Below are positions 35,801-47,277 of a DNA stretch of 64,000 bases, piece after piece; position 1 is the first letter of the stretch; every line of letters begins with the position of its first letter. The position numbers and the translations under genes were made by a program. The notes under the pieces are model-generated. The model worked only from the letters and a program-made list of their open reading frames with translations. It made no database searches and was not told the origin of the DNA. The stretch is from positions 8,060,001 through 8,124,000 of the forward strand of contig NC_135830.1 in assembly GCF_964213995.1 (NCBI RefSeq), in the 5' to 3' direction. Source of the stretch: Mustelus asterias. Lineage: Eukaryota.

Positions 35801-37468
35801 GTTTAACTTTCTCACAAAGTATGAATCGAGAGGACAATTTGAAAGCCAGTTCAACTTCAATGAGAATGCACATTGCAGAGAAAATGTGTGTGTGTGTGTG
35901 TGTGACTAAGAGAAAGATCTGGGAAAATGGCCTGCTGCCTTAAACCAGTGGCCTGTCGGTTCTTTGGTGAACTAGTTAGCTTTCTGGTTTGTGAATCAAG
36001 CAAACTGAGTTCGAATTTCCGTGGAGCCACTATTCTTTTCGTTCTAAGTCTTGTTTAAATTGGGAGAAAGGACTCAGTAAATGATACCGGTTGGGGAACC
36101 CCTGCACTCTGTGGCATTTCCGGCACGGTGGCACAATGCTACCTCACAGTGTTAGGCACCGGGTTTCAATTCTGGCTTCGGGTGACATTCTGCAGTTTGT
36201 ACATTCTCCTCGTGTCTGCGTGTGTGGAAGGAAGCTGAGCATCCGGCGCAGAATCCAAAGGTGTGTGGGTAGGTTGATTGGCCATGCTACTTTGCCCGTA
36301 GTGTCAGGGGGACTAAGAGGGTAAGTGTATGGGGATAGGGCCAGGGTGTGATTGTTATCGGCGCAATTCTGCACTGCAGGGATTTTATGATTCTGCCTCC
36401 GAGCTCTATTCTTTCTTGAACAATCGCCCTCGAGGGCTGAAGCAATAACACCAGGAGAATCATTCGCTGCATCGTCTGCAATGTGATTGCGGTGGAATTT
36501 GCTGAAATTTCCTCAGAGTCTAAAATTCACTTTCTGAGAATTTCAAATAAAATGTCCTTCAGCAAACCAATCACCGGCTTTAGCAAATAGAAGGAACGTT
36601 TAACCGAGATCTGAACTCGTATTACTGAATTCAGAGTCCAGAGTGCTCACCATCGCACCACTTAACCAGGAACAGAGCCGCCAGATGCAAATGGTCACTC
36701 AAAGTATGTGACCTCCTTCATTCAATGTGGGAGGAACAACAAGTGGATCAATTGCTTTGAGCGACCATTTGAAGCCGACTGGTCTGTTGTCGGTTTTCTG
36801 GTCTAACTGTGAGCACTCTGGATCCAGCGAACCAGGTTTAAGTTTAGTTGGATCCTTGATCTTCTTTCCCATTGCTGAGGATTAGTTTGTGAAACGACCT
36901 TTTATTTAAATTTCTCATGAAGTAGGAATCTGGAGGACAGTTTGTCAGCCAGTTCAACTTCTCTTACATTGCACATTGCTGAGCCTCTGGGGACAGATGC
37001 CTGCAACAACAATGTTTTGTTTCCATCTTTTCGCGACATACACAATTGTTTCCTTTTCTTCATGTTGAGCTCCTGTTTTCTCTTTTTGGTGTCTGTTACA
37101 GTTGTACATATATTGGGCAGCTCAGAGCACACGTGCTCTGTTCTCAATATGAAAATCAATTGTTATGTTCCCTTCTGTGAACTTTAAAAAAACGTTTCTG
37201 TAAAATGTTCTCTGAATTTTTAAAATAAATCTTGAATAAAAAATGAACAAATTATCACTTTGCCAAACTCCTTTCCCCATCAGGCAAAATGGATATCCAT
37301 CTTTGTGTCCAATCTGCGCTTCAAACCACATCTCTCAGAGTAAAATATAACTCTCTTCCACACTGTACGAGGCACGCTGTCCAAGTATAAGGATCTCCCA
37401 CACCGCAACACAGTCTTGTGCAATCTCTCAGGGAGAAGTGGAACGTTGAGGCACATAATTCGAATCAA

Positions 37469-37485
37469 TGCCACCAGAGGGCGTT
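37469..37485 (+). promoter_or_regulatory. CTCF-binding motif candidate
   Basis: TGCCACCAGAGGGCGTT matches the CTCF core consensus CCASYAGRKGGCR. Confidence 0.6.
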
Positions 37486-37874
37486 TCAGCTTTACTCGAG
37501 TTTCAGCATTGGGATATTGACTCGCTCTCAGTGAATATATGCCAGATACTTACTTTCATACCTAACATAAATGGACATTAATGATTGCAACCCAGTTCAA
37601 TGCAACCAAAAATAGCTACTTGAATAGGCATCTACGGAACTATGGCCAAAAGTTCCTCAGCAACAGCACTGGGAGGCAGCTCAGTCTCGATATTGACATT
37701 CTCAATAAAACATTCGCCTTTAAAACATTTTCAACATTGAGAGCAGAATGGTAGAATATACTGGAGTGTTTTACCTATAGTACCGTGTGATGCGAAAATG
37801 ACCGTGCTCCAATGTCGGCTGCAGGTTCCTACAGTCAATGCTTTTCCATTTTTTCAAATCTTCTGGCCTGAATA

Positions 37875-38112
37875 TCATAGAACCATCGAATCCCTGCAGT
37901 GCAGAAGGAGGCAATTTGGCCCATTGAACCTTCACAGACTCCCTGACAACAATCCCACTCAGGCCCTATCCCCAGAAGCCTGCACATTCAGCCCGCTAAT
38001 TCCCCTAACCTACACACACATCTTGGTACACAAAGGGGTAAGTTAGCTTGGCCAATCCACCTAACCTGCACATCTTTGGAGTGTGGGATGAAACAGCAGC
38101 ACCGGGAGGAAC
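37875..38112 (-). mobile_element. tRNA-derived SINE 3' part
   Basis: catagaaccatcgaatccctgcagtgcagaaggagg...ggccaatccacctaacctgcacatctttgga. Confidence 0.7.
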
Positions 38113-38656
38113 TTTGTATTACTGGAAAAGCTAGATGTGCTACACATCCTCTTTCACCATGTTAATAGTCCCGAGAGACCACAGCAGTTTAAGACCGCTG
38201 CACACCCCCTCTCCTTCTCAAGGGTAATTAGGAATGGAGTAGAAATCTAGACTTCCCAGTAACGCTGACATTACTTCATGTATTAATAATAATTAAAGCC
38301 CGTGAGGGGAATTTCACTGCAGTCATGGTTATCACTACGCTGCTAGTGGAGCAAAATCCGTGAAAACAAAGTGACAAACTCATTCAAAAATTATTTACTT
38401 TCTTTAGTCCAATTATGGTGAAGGTTCCTTCCCCAACTCTGGTGGATAATTGGGAAGCATTTCCTCTGCAAGAATAGTGACTGTAATGCAGCTCGGGGTG
38501 ATTCTCTTTGCTATCTGCCGGCCTCACAGCACCAATGGAAAAGCAAGGAAGTGAGGTGAGTACAGCCTGAGACACGGCAGCAGATTATTGAGGGCGGGGT
38601 TTAGAAAGGGTGGCTAAATATCCAAACCCTCCCCTTTCACAGAGCGGACAGAGACA

Positions 38657-39111
38657 ATGCGGATGCTCAGCATCTGGGTTGTGTGGGGAATATTTCAGAC
38701 AGGTAAATGTGGATGCGCTCCTTCATTCCCCAAGCTTGATTGGAATCAAATTTCAATCAGCCACCGGACTAAACTTTTCCTTATTGATATATTATTTTCC
38801 AGATTTAAGTCATGGAGATTCTGTCACTCAGCCGCTACCCTCAGATGTTAAGGCAGAAGGAGCAGCGCTCATATTAACCTGCAACTATGAAACTACACAG
38901 AGCAGCTATGTATTGCACTGGTACCGACAACTCCCAGGAAACCATCCCGAGTTTATCGTGTGGAAAAATACATACAATCGTGAAGAAAAAGCAGATTTAG
39001 CCAAAAACCGTTTCTCTATCGAGCTTCAGACATCGACTAAATTCACCAGTTTAACCGTTTCGGATCTGCAGCTGACTGATGTCGCCGTGTATTACTGCGC
39101 TTTCCAGCTAT
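38657..39111 (+). CDS. TRAV/TRDV: T-cell receptor alpha/delta V gene segment (leader exon 38657-38702, intron 38703-38802, V exon 38803-39111), apparently intact
   Basis: 46-nt phase-1 leader MRMLSIWVVWGIFQT with donor G|gtaaat and acceptor ttttccag. V domain DSVTQ...LTCNY...LHWYRQ...RFS...LTVSDLQLTDVAVYYCAFQL has the canonical Cys/Trp/Cys and is followed by an RSS. Confidence 0.93.
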
Positions 39112-39150
39112 CACAGTGATGGAAAGCAGTCTCACCCCTGCACAAAAACT
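39112..39150 (+). promoter_or_regulatory. Recombination signal sequence, 23-bp spacer
   Basis: CACAGTG (39112-39118), a 23-nt spacer, then ACAAAAACT (39142-39150). Confidence 0.97.
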
Positions 39151-40919
39151 GCCTTTGGATTGTTGGTGCGAGCTCTGTTCTGTTGAGCGTTAAGTTGGAC
39201 GGCAGCTGTTGCAGTGCAGCGGCCCTCGCAGGCGCTCAGATACACACCCGAGAGGAAACCAAATTAACCTCGGATCAAACTGTCAGCCAACAATTAGCAG
39301 GAGAGACTGAGAAAATGAACTGCACAACTGCAGTGGAACAGACAAACATCACATAATTATAACTGAAACCACCCGTTATAATCCCCGCCCTCAATGATCC
39401 GACGTCCTGTGTGAGCTGGATGTCAGTGAAAGGAAACACCTCGATCTGTGCTGCAGCCAATGTCCTGGTGGGAGACAGCGTTCTGCTGTGTGGGTTGGTT
39501 TGTTAATGATCATCAGAAAAACAATAGTTAAAGGAAAAGGGGAAACAAGATTAGCCTCAGGAGACACTCTGAAGCACAAGAAGCTCATTATCAATTCTCA
39601 GTTACTACTTTGTGGAACATGTTGGTTGCAGATACGCTGTTTCTGATCCAGTAACACGCACTGATTAAATATAGCTCTGAACAGACCAGTTGTAAGCTGC
39701 TGGAGAGTGAGGGAGGAGATGATAAATGGTTGTTTCATAGGCGGGCAGGCGGGGAAAGGGTAGTAAAGGAGACAAAAAGCACATTAAAATATCATGAGTG
39801 CATTTATGACGTTTAACTTCTGTATAAAGGCGACTTGTAATCAAATAATGTAATAAGTCCACTTGTGGCCATGTGAACATCCAAATTCGGAGCTGGGGTA
39901 GGCAACTGTGCCACCTCGAGACTGCCCGATATTTGATAAGATCCTGGTGGATTGAATTGTGACATCTGTCTGTCCATGTCTCCCCTGTATACTCTGACTC
40001 CCTGGTCATTCAATAATCGACCTCACCCCGTCCTAATTGTTTTCAATGAACTTGCCACCACTGATTTCTGGGGAAGAGGATATCACAGACCAAATAACAT
40101 GATGGTGACAAAAAGGCATAATGTCATCATTTCTGAGGAGACCTTGAGGAGTTTATTAATATTATCTCCCACGTTTTTGTCCCTGTCACAAAGGAAACAT
40201 CATTTTAGTTTGGAATTAACCTCTGCACATTCTATACTGAACCAGCGATGATAACGGAAAAACAGTATAATTCCAGGAATGAATTATATGGATTTTTTCT
40301 GTTTTATTCAAATAGGTTATGTTTTTTTATATATCTTTCCCACTATGCTATAATACTCTGCACACAACTGGCCTTGAACAGTCCGGAAGGAGCTTTATTG
40401 GAATGGTATTTGTGATCAGGGAGCTCTCCAAATATGGTCAGCTCAGACAGCGTAAAACTGATAGAAATTCCGCCCCACTCTCGGTCACTGGGGGACGAGA
40501 CACCACAAATATCTCCAAAACAAACTATTTTAAAATTAATTTGACCGAGTGTGGGCTTCGTTGTTGAGTCCCGAATGTATTTCCTAATTGCTTTTCAAAT
40601 GGTGGTGATGATGTTGGGCTGCCCTCTTCCAGGCCAGCTGATATCAAGAAAACCAAACTCAGCTGTGACTTCAAACTGCAGTTTCACTTGCGATTAAAGT
40701 AATACAATATCACCATCTGGTGGTGACTTGCACTTACGGCAGGCGCTGGCCTCTGTGAGTCTCGGGGAAGTTCAGTCACTGGATGGTTGGAACTGGCATC
40801 CGGTTGATGAAGTGCCAATATGGAATAACATTGTTCATTCCCTGTTGCAAAGTGGAGTTGGATGTTTGAAGACACCCTTTCCAAGCTTCACCCTGTATAT
40901 TTTGCTGCCGTGTCTCGGA

Positions 40920-40972
40920 ATGCTCTCACTGCATTTCCCTGTGTCCTCAGTCATGCTTTGGGTTGGTAGCTG
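40920..40972 (+). other. Candidate leader exon for the second V segment
   Basis: ATG-initiated hydrophobic MLSLHFPVSSVMLWVGS followed by a G|gtgagc donor; tgtatatt lies ~25 nt upstream. The phase does not cleanly match the V exon. Confidence 0.4.
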
Positions 40973-41341
40973 GTGAGCTGTCTGCCAGTGAATGGGTTCA
41001 CCCCGAGCTGGGTTCACTCAGTGTTCTGAAAGGGCGAATGGTTTCCTAGTTAGACACGTGGGGAGTGATTTGTAACCGGAAACATGGGGTTGCCGATGGG
41101 GTTTATTTAGTCCGGCTTCAATTCTTCATCTCCGATTCCAGTAGAATCGATGCCAGTGAGTGTGGGCGGATAAAACCCGAGTCTCAGCTTCTTTCATCAG
41201 TTCGACAGATAGACGCCTCAGTTGGACACGAAGCAGGCATTTGACTCCTTGTAAATTCTTCCGAATATTAAACCCAGGTCCTGGTTCCAATCTGAACTCC
41301 CTGGATAACTGCTTCAGCAGAAATTTCATATGATCTGAAAA

Positions 41342-41678
41342 ATGCTCCGAATTTACAGATTCTCTTTGCTGCTTTCCTCTCTGACCTGCACGGGGGTGAC
41401 TGGAGCAGATGAGGTGATGCAGCTTCCTCGGCGGAAGGTTGTTAGTGAAGGGGGAACCGTATCCATGAACTGCACCACGACCACTACATTTAGCAACATA
41501 CATTGGTACAGACAGTCCCCGAATCAGCCACCCCAGTATCTGGTGATGGCCACAAGAGAAACCGATCCAAGCGGGAGGATCACTGCCTCAATCGGTGGAG
41601 GCTACAAATTCAGTGCCCTGACTCTGAGAGACGGCCGGAGTTACAGACACTGCCACCTATCTCTGTGCCATGAGCCAC
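41342..41678 (+). pseudogene. Second TCR alpha-like V segment; frameshifted as assembled, truncated by gap
   Basis: ADEVMQ...SEGGTVSMNC...IHWYRQSPNQPPQYL...LTLRD; removing one G near 41632 restores AGVTDTATYLCAMS. The last bases before the Ns are CAC, the probable start of the RSS heptamer. Confidence 0.8.
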
Positions 41679-41878
41679 NNNNNNNNNNNNNNNNNNNNNN
41701 NNNNNNNNNNNNNNNNNNNNNNNNNNNNNNNNNNNNNNNNNNNNNNNNNNNNNNNNNNNNNNNNNNNNNNNNNNNNNNNNNNNNNNNNNNNNNNNNNNNN
41801 NNNNNNNNNNNNNNNNNNNNNNNNNNNNNNNNNNNNNNNNNNNNNNNNNNNNNNNNNNNNNNNNNNNNNNNNNNNNNN
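41679..41878. other. Assembly gap (200 N)
   Basis: Run of N; the round number suggests a scaffolding gap of unknown true size. Confidence 1.
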
Positions 41879-43405
41879 CCACCTGCTGAGTCACAATCTC
41901 ACTCACACCAATGAGAGACCCTTTAAATGCTCTGACTGTGGGAGCGGATTCAAAAGCTCTGGAGAACTGGTGTCCCACCAGCGCACTCACAGTGAGGAGA
42001 GACTGTTCAGCTGCTCTCTCTGCACAATGAAATTTAAATGGTCATCCACACTGCGGAGACATCAGCGAGTTCACACCGGGGAGAGACCGTTCAGCTGCTC
42101 CATGTGTGGGAAGGGATTCTCTCGGTCCTCCGAACTGCGGGCACACCAACGAATTCACACTGGGGAGAGACCGTTCACCTGCAATGTGTGTGGGAAGGGA
42201 TTCTTTCGGTCATCCGCCCTGCTGACGCACAAAGTCACTCACACCAATGAGAGACCCTTTAAATGCTCTGACTGTGAGAGTTGCTTCAAAAGTTCTCGGG
42301 ATCTGATGTCCCACCAGCGCATTCACACTGAGGACAGACCGTTCAGCTGCTCTCTCTGCACAATGAGATTTAGATCATCATCAAACCTGCGGAACCACCA
42401 GCGAGTTCACTCCGGGGAGAGACCATTCACTTGCTCTGACTGTGGGAAGGGATTCACGCAGTTATCCGCCCTGCTGACACACCAGCGAGTTCACACCGGA
42501 GAGAGGCCATTCACCTGCTCTGTGTGTGGGAAGGGATTCACTAATTTACCCAACCTGCTGAGTCATAAAGTCACTCGCACCAGTGAGAGGCCCTTTAAAT
42601 GCTCGGACTGTGGGAGCGAATTCAAAATTTCTGGGGAACTGGTGTCCCACCAGCGCATTCACACTGAGGACAGACCGTTCAGCTGCTCTCTCTGCACAAA
42701 GAGGTTTAAGAGGTCATCCACACTGCAGAGACACCAGCGAGTTCACACCAGGGAGAGACCATTCATCTGCTCTGTGTGTGGGAAGGGATTCAGTCAGTCA
42801 GTCATTCACCCTGCTGACACACCAGCGTCTTCACACCGAGGAGAGACCATTTACCTGCACCGAGTGTGGGAAGGGATTCACTCAGTCATCCACCCTGCTG
42901 ACTCACCAGCAAGTTCACAGCGGGGAGAGACCGTTCACCTGCTCCGAGTGTGGGAACAGATTCACTCGGTTATCCACCCTGCAGAGACACAAAGTCACTC
43001 ACTCCCAGGAAAGACCCTTAAAATGCTCTGACTGTGGGAGTGGCTTCAAAATTTCTGAGCATCTGATAGATCACCAGCGCATTCACACTGGGGAGAGACC
43101 GTTCAGCTGCTCTCACTGCACAAAGAGGTTTGGAAGGACATGCACACTGAGGAGACACCAGCGAGTTCACACTGGGAGAGACCATTCACCTGCTCTGTGT
43201 GTGCGGAAGGATTCTCTCGATACCCCAGCTGCTGAGGCACAATGTCCCTCACACCCAGGAGAGACCCTTTAACTGCTCTGACTGTGGGAGTGGTTTCAAA
43301 AGCTCTCAGGAACTGATGATCCACCAGTCCATTCACAGCTGCTGTGTGTGCAAAGAAATTCACCAGTTCATCCCTCCTGCTGAGACACCAGCGAGTTCAC
43401 AAGTG
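41879..43405 (+). pseudogene. Tandem C2H2 zinc-finger exon (~17-18 fingers visible), frameshifted; 5' end lost in gap
   Basis: Repeated CxxC...HxxxH with TGERPF linkers. Frameshifts at ~42795 (cagt duplication) and ~43175. Confidence 0.88.
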
Positions 43406-43684
43406 ATGACAGGGGTTGGATTCTGCTGTTATTGCTGCTGTTGATCACATCCAGGACTGAACCATGTTCACTCTGACAGTTGGTGAAGTGGGAGGGTCGG
43501 AGGGTTTCTTTCTGCTGGACTGGCCAGTCTCACGACTTTGCTTCCAGTGGGCTGATGCTCTTTGAGCCTGGGAGAGCACATTTCCACTGAAATGACCCAC
43601 ACAAACTGACGAAGAACATTTATTTTATGCTGGATAGTAAATAATGTTTTTCCTACCACTACAGGTAGATCTAAAATAAATACA

Positions 43685-44370
43685 TTTGTCTCTGTTCCAG
43701 TGAGTCTACAGCACAAGGCCGGGCCAGTTGGCCCAATTGGTCTGTGTCAGTATTTATGCTCCACATGAGCCTCCACCCACCCCTCTTCATCTCCCCCCAT
43801 CAGCATATCCTTCTATTCCTCTCTCCCTCATGTATGTATCTAGCTTCCCCTTCAATGTATTCATGCTGTTCACCTCAACCACTCGCTGTGGTAGTGAGTT
43901 CCACATTCTCACCACTCGCTGGGTAAAGAGGTTTCTCACTGAACTCCCTGTTGGATTATTGAACCCCTTCATAACCTTAAATTCTTCCATCAGGTCACCC
44001 TTCAGTCTTCTGTTTTCCAGAGAAAAGCAGTGCCAGCCTTTCCTGAAGGTTAAATGCTCTCAGTTCTGGGATTATTCTTGTGAATCTTTGTTGCCGCTTC
44101 TCCAGTGCCTCTATTTCCTTTTTCTAAATGGAGATCACAAATGTTGACAGTGCTCCCAGTGTAGCCGAACCCTGATTCTAAACAAGTTGAACAGAACCTG
44201 TTCAATTCTATTCCTCGAGAATGGAACCCTGTATATGGGCCCTACACTTTAGGAAAGATGTGAAGTCCTTAGAGAGGGTGCAGAGGAGATTTACGAGAAT
44301 GACTCCAGGGATGAGGGACTTCAGTGAGTTCGAGAGACTTGAACAGCTGAAATTTCTCTCTTTAGATCAG
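43685..44370. mobile_element. Old CR1 fragments (minus then plus)
   Basis: ORFs 43787..43990 (FTQRVVRMWNSLPQ) and 44221..44544 (LERVQRRFTRM). Confidence 0.7.
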
Positions 44371-44669
44371 ACAGGCATTAGGATTGGGAATGGGGCCATT
44401 CAGCCCATTGAGTCCATGCTGGCTCTCTGTAGATCAAACTGTTGCCCTGTTCTCTCTCCGTGTCCCTGCGGATTTATTTCCCTGAAGTTCCCATCCAATT
44501 TCCTTTTGGAAACATTCCATTATCTCTGCTTCAGCCGCTCGTAGGAAGTGAGTTCCAGATATTTACCACTTCAAATGCAAACGAGGAGCAGAGAGCACAA
44601 AAGGAGGCCGTGTGACCCATTGTGCCCCTGCTGCCTCTTCAAACATTCTCAGCAACAAGGTCAGGGAGG

Positions 44670-46880
44670 CCATAGAACCATAGAAAATTACAGCTCAGAA
44701 ACAGGCCTTTTGGCCCTTCTTGTCTGTGCCGAACCATTTTATGCCTAGTCCCACTGACCTGCACTTGGACCATATCCCTCCACACCCCTCTCATCCATGA
44801 ACCCGTCCAAGTTTTTCTTAAATGTTAAAAGTGACCCCGCATTTACCACTTCATCCGGCAGCTCATTCCACATTCCCACCACTCTCTGCGTGAAGAAGCC
44901 CCCCCTAATATTCCCTTTAAACTTTTCTCCTTTCACCCTTAACCCATGCCCTCTGGTTTGTTTCTCCCCGAGCCTCAGCGGAAAAAGCCTGCTTGCATTC
45001 ACTCTATCTATACCCATCAAAATCTTAAACACCTCTATCAAATCTCCCCTCAAGCTTCTGCGCTCCAGGGAATAAAGTCCCATCCTATTCAATCTCTCTC
45101 TGTAACTCAGCTTCTCAAGTCCCGGCAACATCCTTGTGAACCTTCTCTGCACTCTTTCAATCTTATTTACATCCTTCCTGTAACTAGGTGACCAAAACTG
45201 TACACAATACTCCAAATTCGGCCTCACCAATGCCTTATATAACCTTACCATAACACTCCAACTTTTATACTCGATACTCCAATTCATGAAGGCCAATGTA
45301 CCAAAGGCACTCTTTACGACCCTATCCACCTGTGACGTCACTTTTAGGGAACTCTGTACCTGTATTCCCAGATCCCTCTGTTCAACTGCACTCTTCAGAG
45401 TCCTACCATTTACCCTGTACGTTCTTCTTTGGTTTGTCCTTCCAAAGTGCAATATCTCACACTTGTCTGCGTTAAATTCCATTTGCCATTTTTCAGCCCA
45501 TTTTTCTAGTTGGTCCAAATCCCTCTGCAAGCTTTGAAAACCTTCCTCACTGCCCACTACACCTCCAATCTTTGTATCATCAGCAAACTTGCTGATCCAA
45601 TTGACCACATTATCATCCAGATCATTGATATAGATGACAAACAACAATGGACCCAACACCGATCCCTGCGGCACACCACTAGTCACAGGCCTCCACTCAG
45701 AGAAGCAATCCTCCACAACCACTCTCTGGCTTCTTCCATTGAGCCAGTGTCTTATCCAATTTACTACCTCCCCATGTATACCCAGAGACAACCTTCCTAA
45801 CTAACCTCCCATGAGGGACCTTGTCAAAGGCCTTGCTGAAATCCAGGTAGACAACATCCACCGCCTTCCCTTCTTCCACTTTCCTGGTAACCTCCTCGAA
45901 AAACTCTAATAGATTGGTCAAACATGACCTACCACGCACAAAGCCATGTTGACTCTCCCTAATAAGTCCCTGTCTATCCAAATATTTGTAGATCCTATCC
46001 CTTATCACACCTTCCAATAACTTGCCCACCACCGACGTCAAACTTACTGGCCGATAATTTCCCGGATTTCTTTTGGAACCTTTTTTAAACAACGGAACAA
46101 CATGAGCCACTCTCCAATCATCTGGCACCTCCCCCGTGAATACTGACATTTTAAATATGTCTGCCAGGGCCCCTGCAAGTTCAACACTAGCTTCCCTCAA
46201 GGTCCGTGGGAATACCCTGTCCGGTCCTGGGGATTTATCCACTCTGATTTGCCTCAAGACAGCGAGCACCTCCTCCCCTTTAATCTGTAAAGGTTCCATG
46301 GCCTCCCTACCAGTTTGCCCTATTTCCGTAGACTCCATGCCCGTTTCCTCAGGAAATACAGATGCAAAAAAACCATTTAGTATCTCCCCCATCTCTTTTG
46401 GTTCCATACACAGTGTACCACTCTGGTCTTCAAGAGGACCAATTTTATCCCTCACTATCCTTTTGCTCCTAACATACCTATAGAAGCTCTTTGGATTTTC
46501 CTTCACTCTGTCTGCCAAAGCAACCTCATGTCTTCTTTTAGCCCTCCTGATTTCCCTCTTAAGTCGCTTCTTGCACTTTTTATACTCCTCGAGCATCTGA
46601 TGTGTTCCTTGCTGCCTGTACATTTCATACAACTCTCTCTTCCTCTTAATCAGTGTGACAATCTCCCTCGAGAACCAAGGTTCCTTATTCCTATTTACTT
46701 TGCCTTTAATCCTGACAGGAACATACAAACTCTGCACTCTCAAAATTTCTCCTTTGAAGGCCTCCCACTTTCCATTTACATCCTTACCAGAGAACAGCCT
46801 GTGCCAATCCACACTTCCCAGGTCCCTTCTCATTTCATCAAATTTGGCCTTTTTCCAGTTCAGAACTTCAACCCAAGAAC
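44670..46880 (-). mobile_element. CR1 LINE, 5'-truncated, one frameshift
   Basis: ORFs 45697..46833 and 44745..45791 together give CR1 ORF2 RT, followed by a (TTCTATGG)n tail. Confidence 0.95.
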
Positions 46881-47277
46881 TTCAACCATGTTAAATTCTA
46901 ACATGTGACTGGAGCTTTATTTTAAAAATTAATGTTGGATTCACCTACATGCTTGTGGAAGCTGCATAGCTGGCAGGAATTGTCTGAACTAAGAATTTCT
47001 TCTATGAATTTGATCAGTTGGAGGACATTATATTCTGTCAAATCTGGCTCAAGAATAAGGTTGATTGCTCAGTTCAAGTAAGAAGGAAAGCTATTGGCTT
47101 GCAGCAAGTGTCTTTTCGAACCAGGATATCTTGTATTAACCTTATTCAGTTGTGGGACATGGGCGTCGCTGGCTGGCCAACATTTATTGCCCATCCCTAG
47201 ATGCCCTTGTTCAGAGGGCAGTTGAGAGTCAACCACATTGTATGAACCAAATGTGTTCATTAAATATTACTGTATTT

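Larger units (their letters stand above)
33566..36856. pseudogene. Array of nine decayed tRNA-Gln copies in mixed orientation
   Basis: Copies at 33566(+, partial), 33907-33977(-), 34215-34286(+), 34585-34656(+, TTG), 35223-35294(-), 35337-35408(+), 35958-36029(+), 36596-36667(-) and 36792-36856(+). Their flanks are also repeated. Confidence 0.85.

Noticed and set aside
38610-39119. NAR-TCR/IgNAR or IgH-like (TAILV) V segment, or a 169-aa single-exon protein
   Set aside because: It has a conventional leader-intron-V structure and a TCR alpha/delta-like framework with full CDR2. The long ORF just reads through the intron.
41670-43031. V-domain/zinc-finger fusion gene across 41342-43031
   Set aside because: The ORFs are joined only through the 200-N gap. 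True adjacency and distance are unknown.
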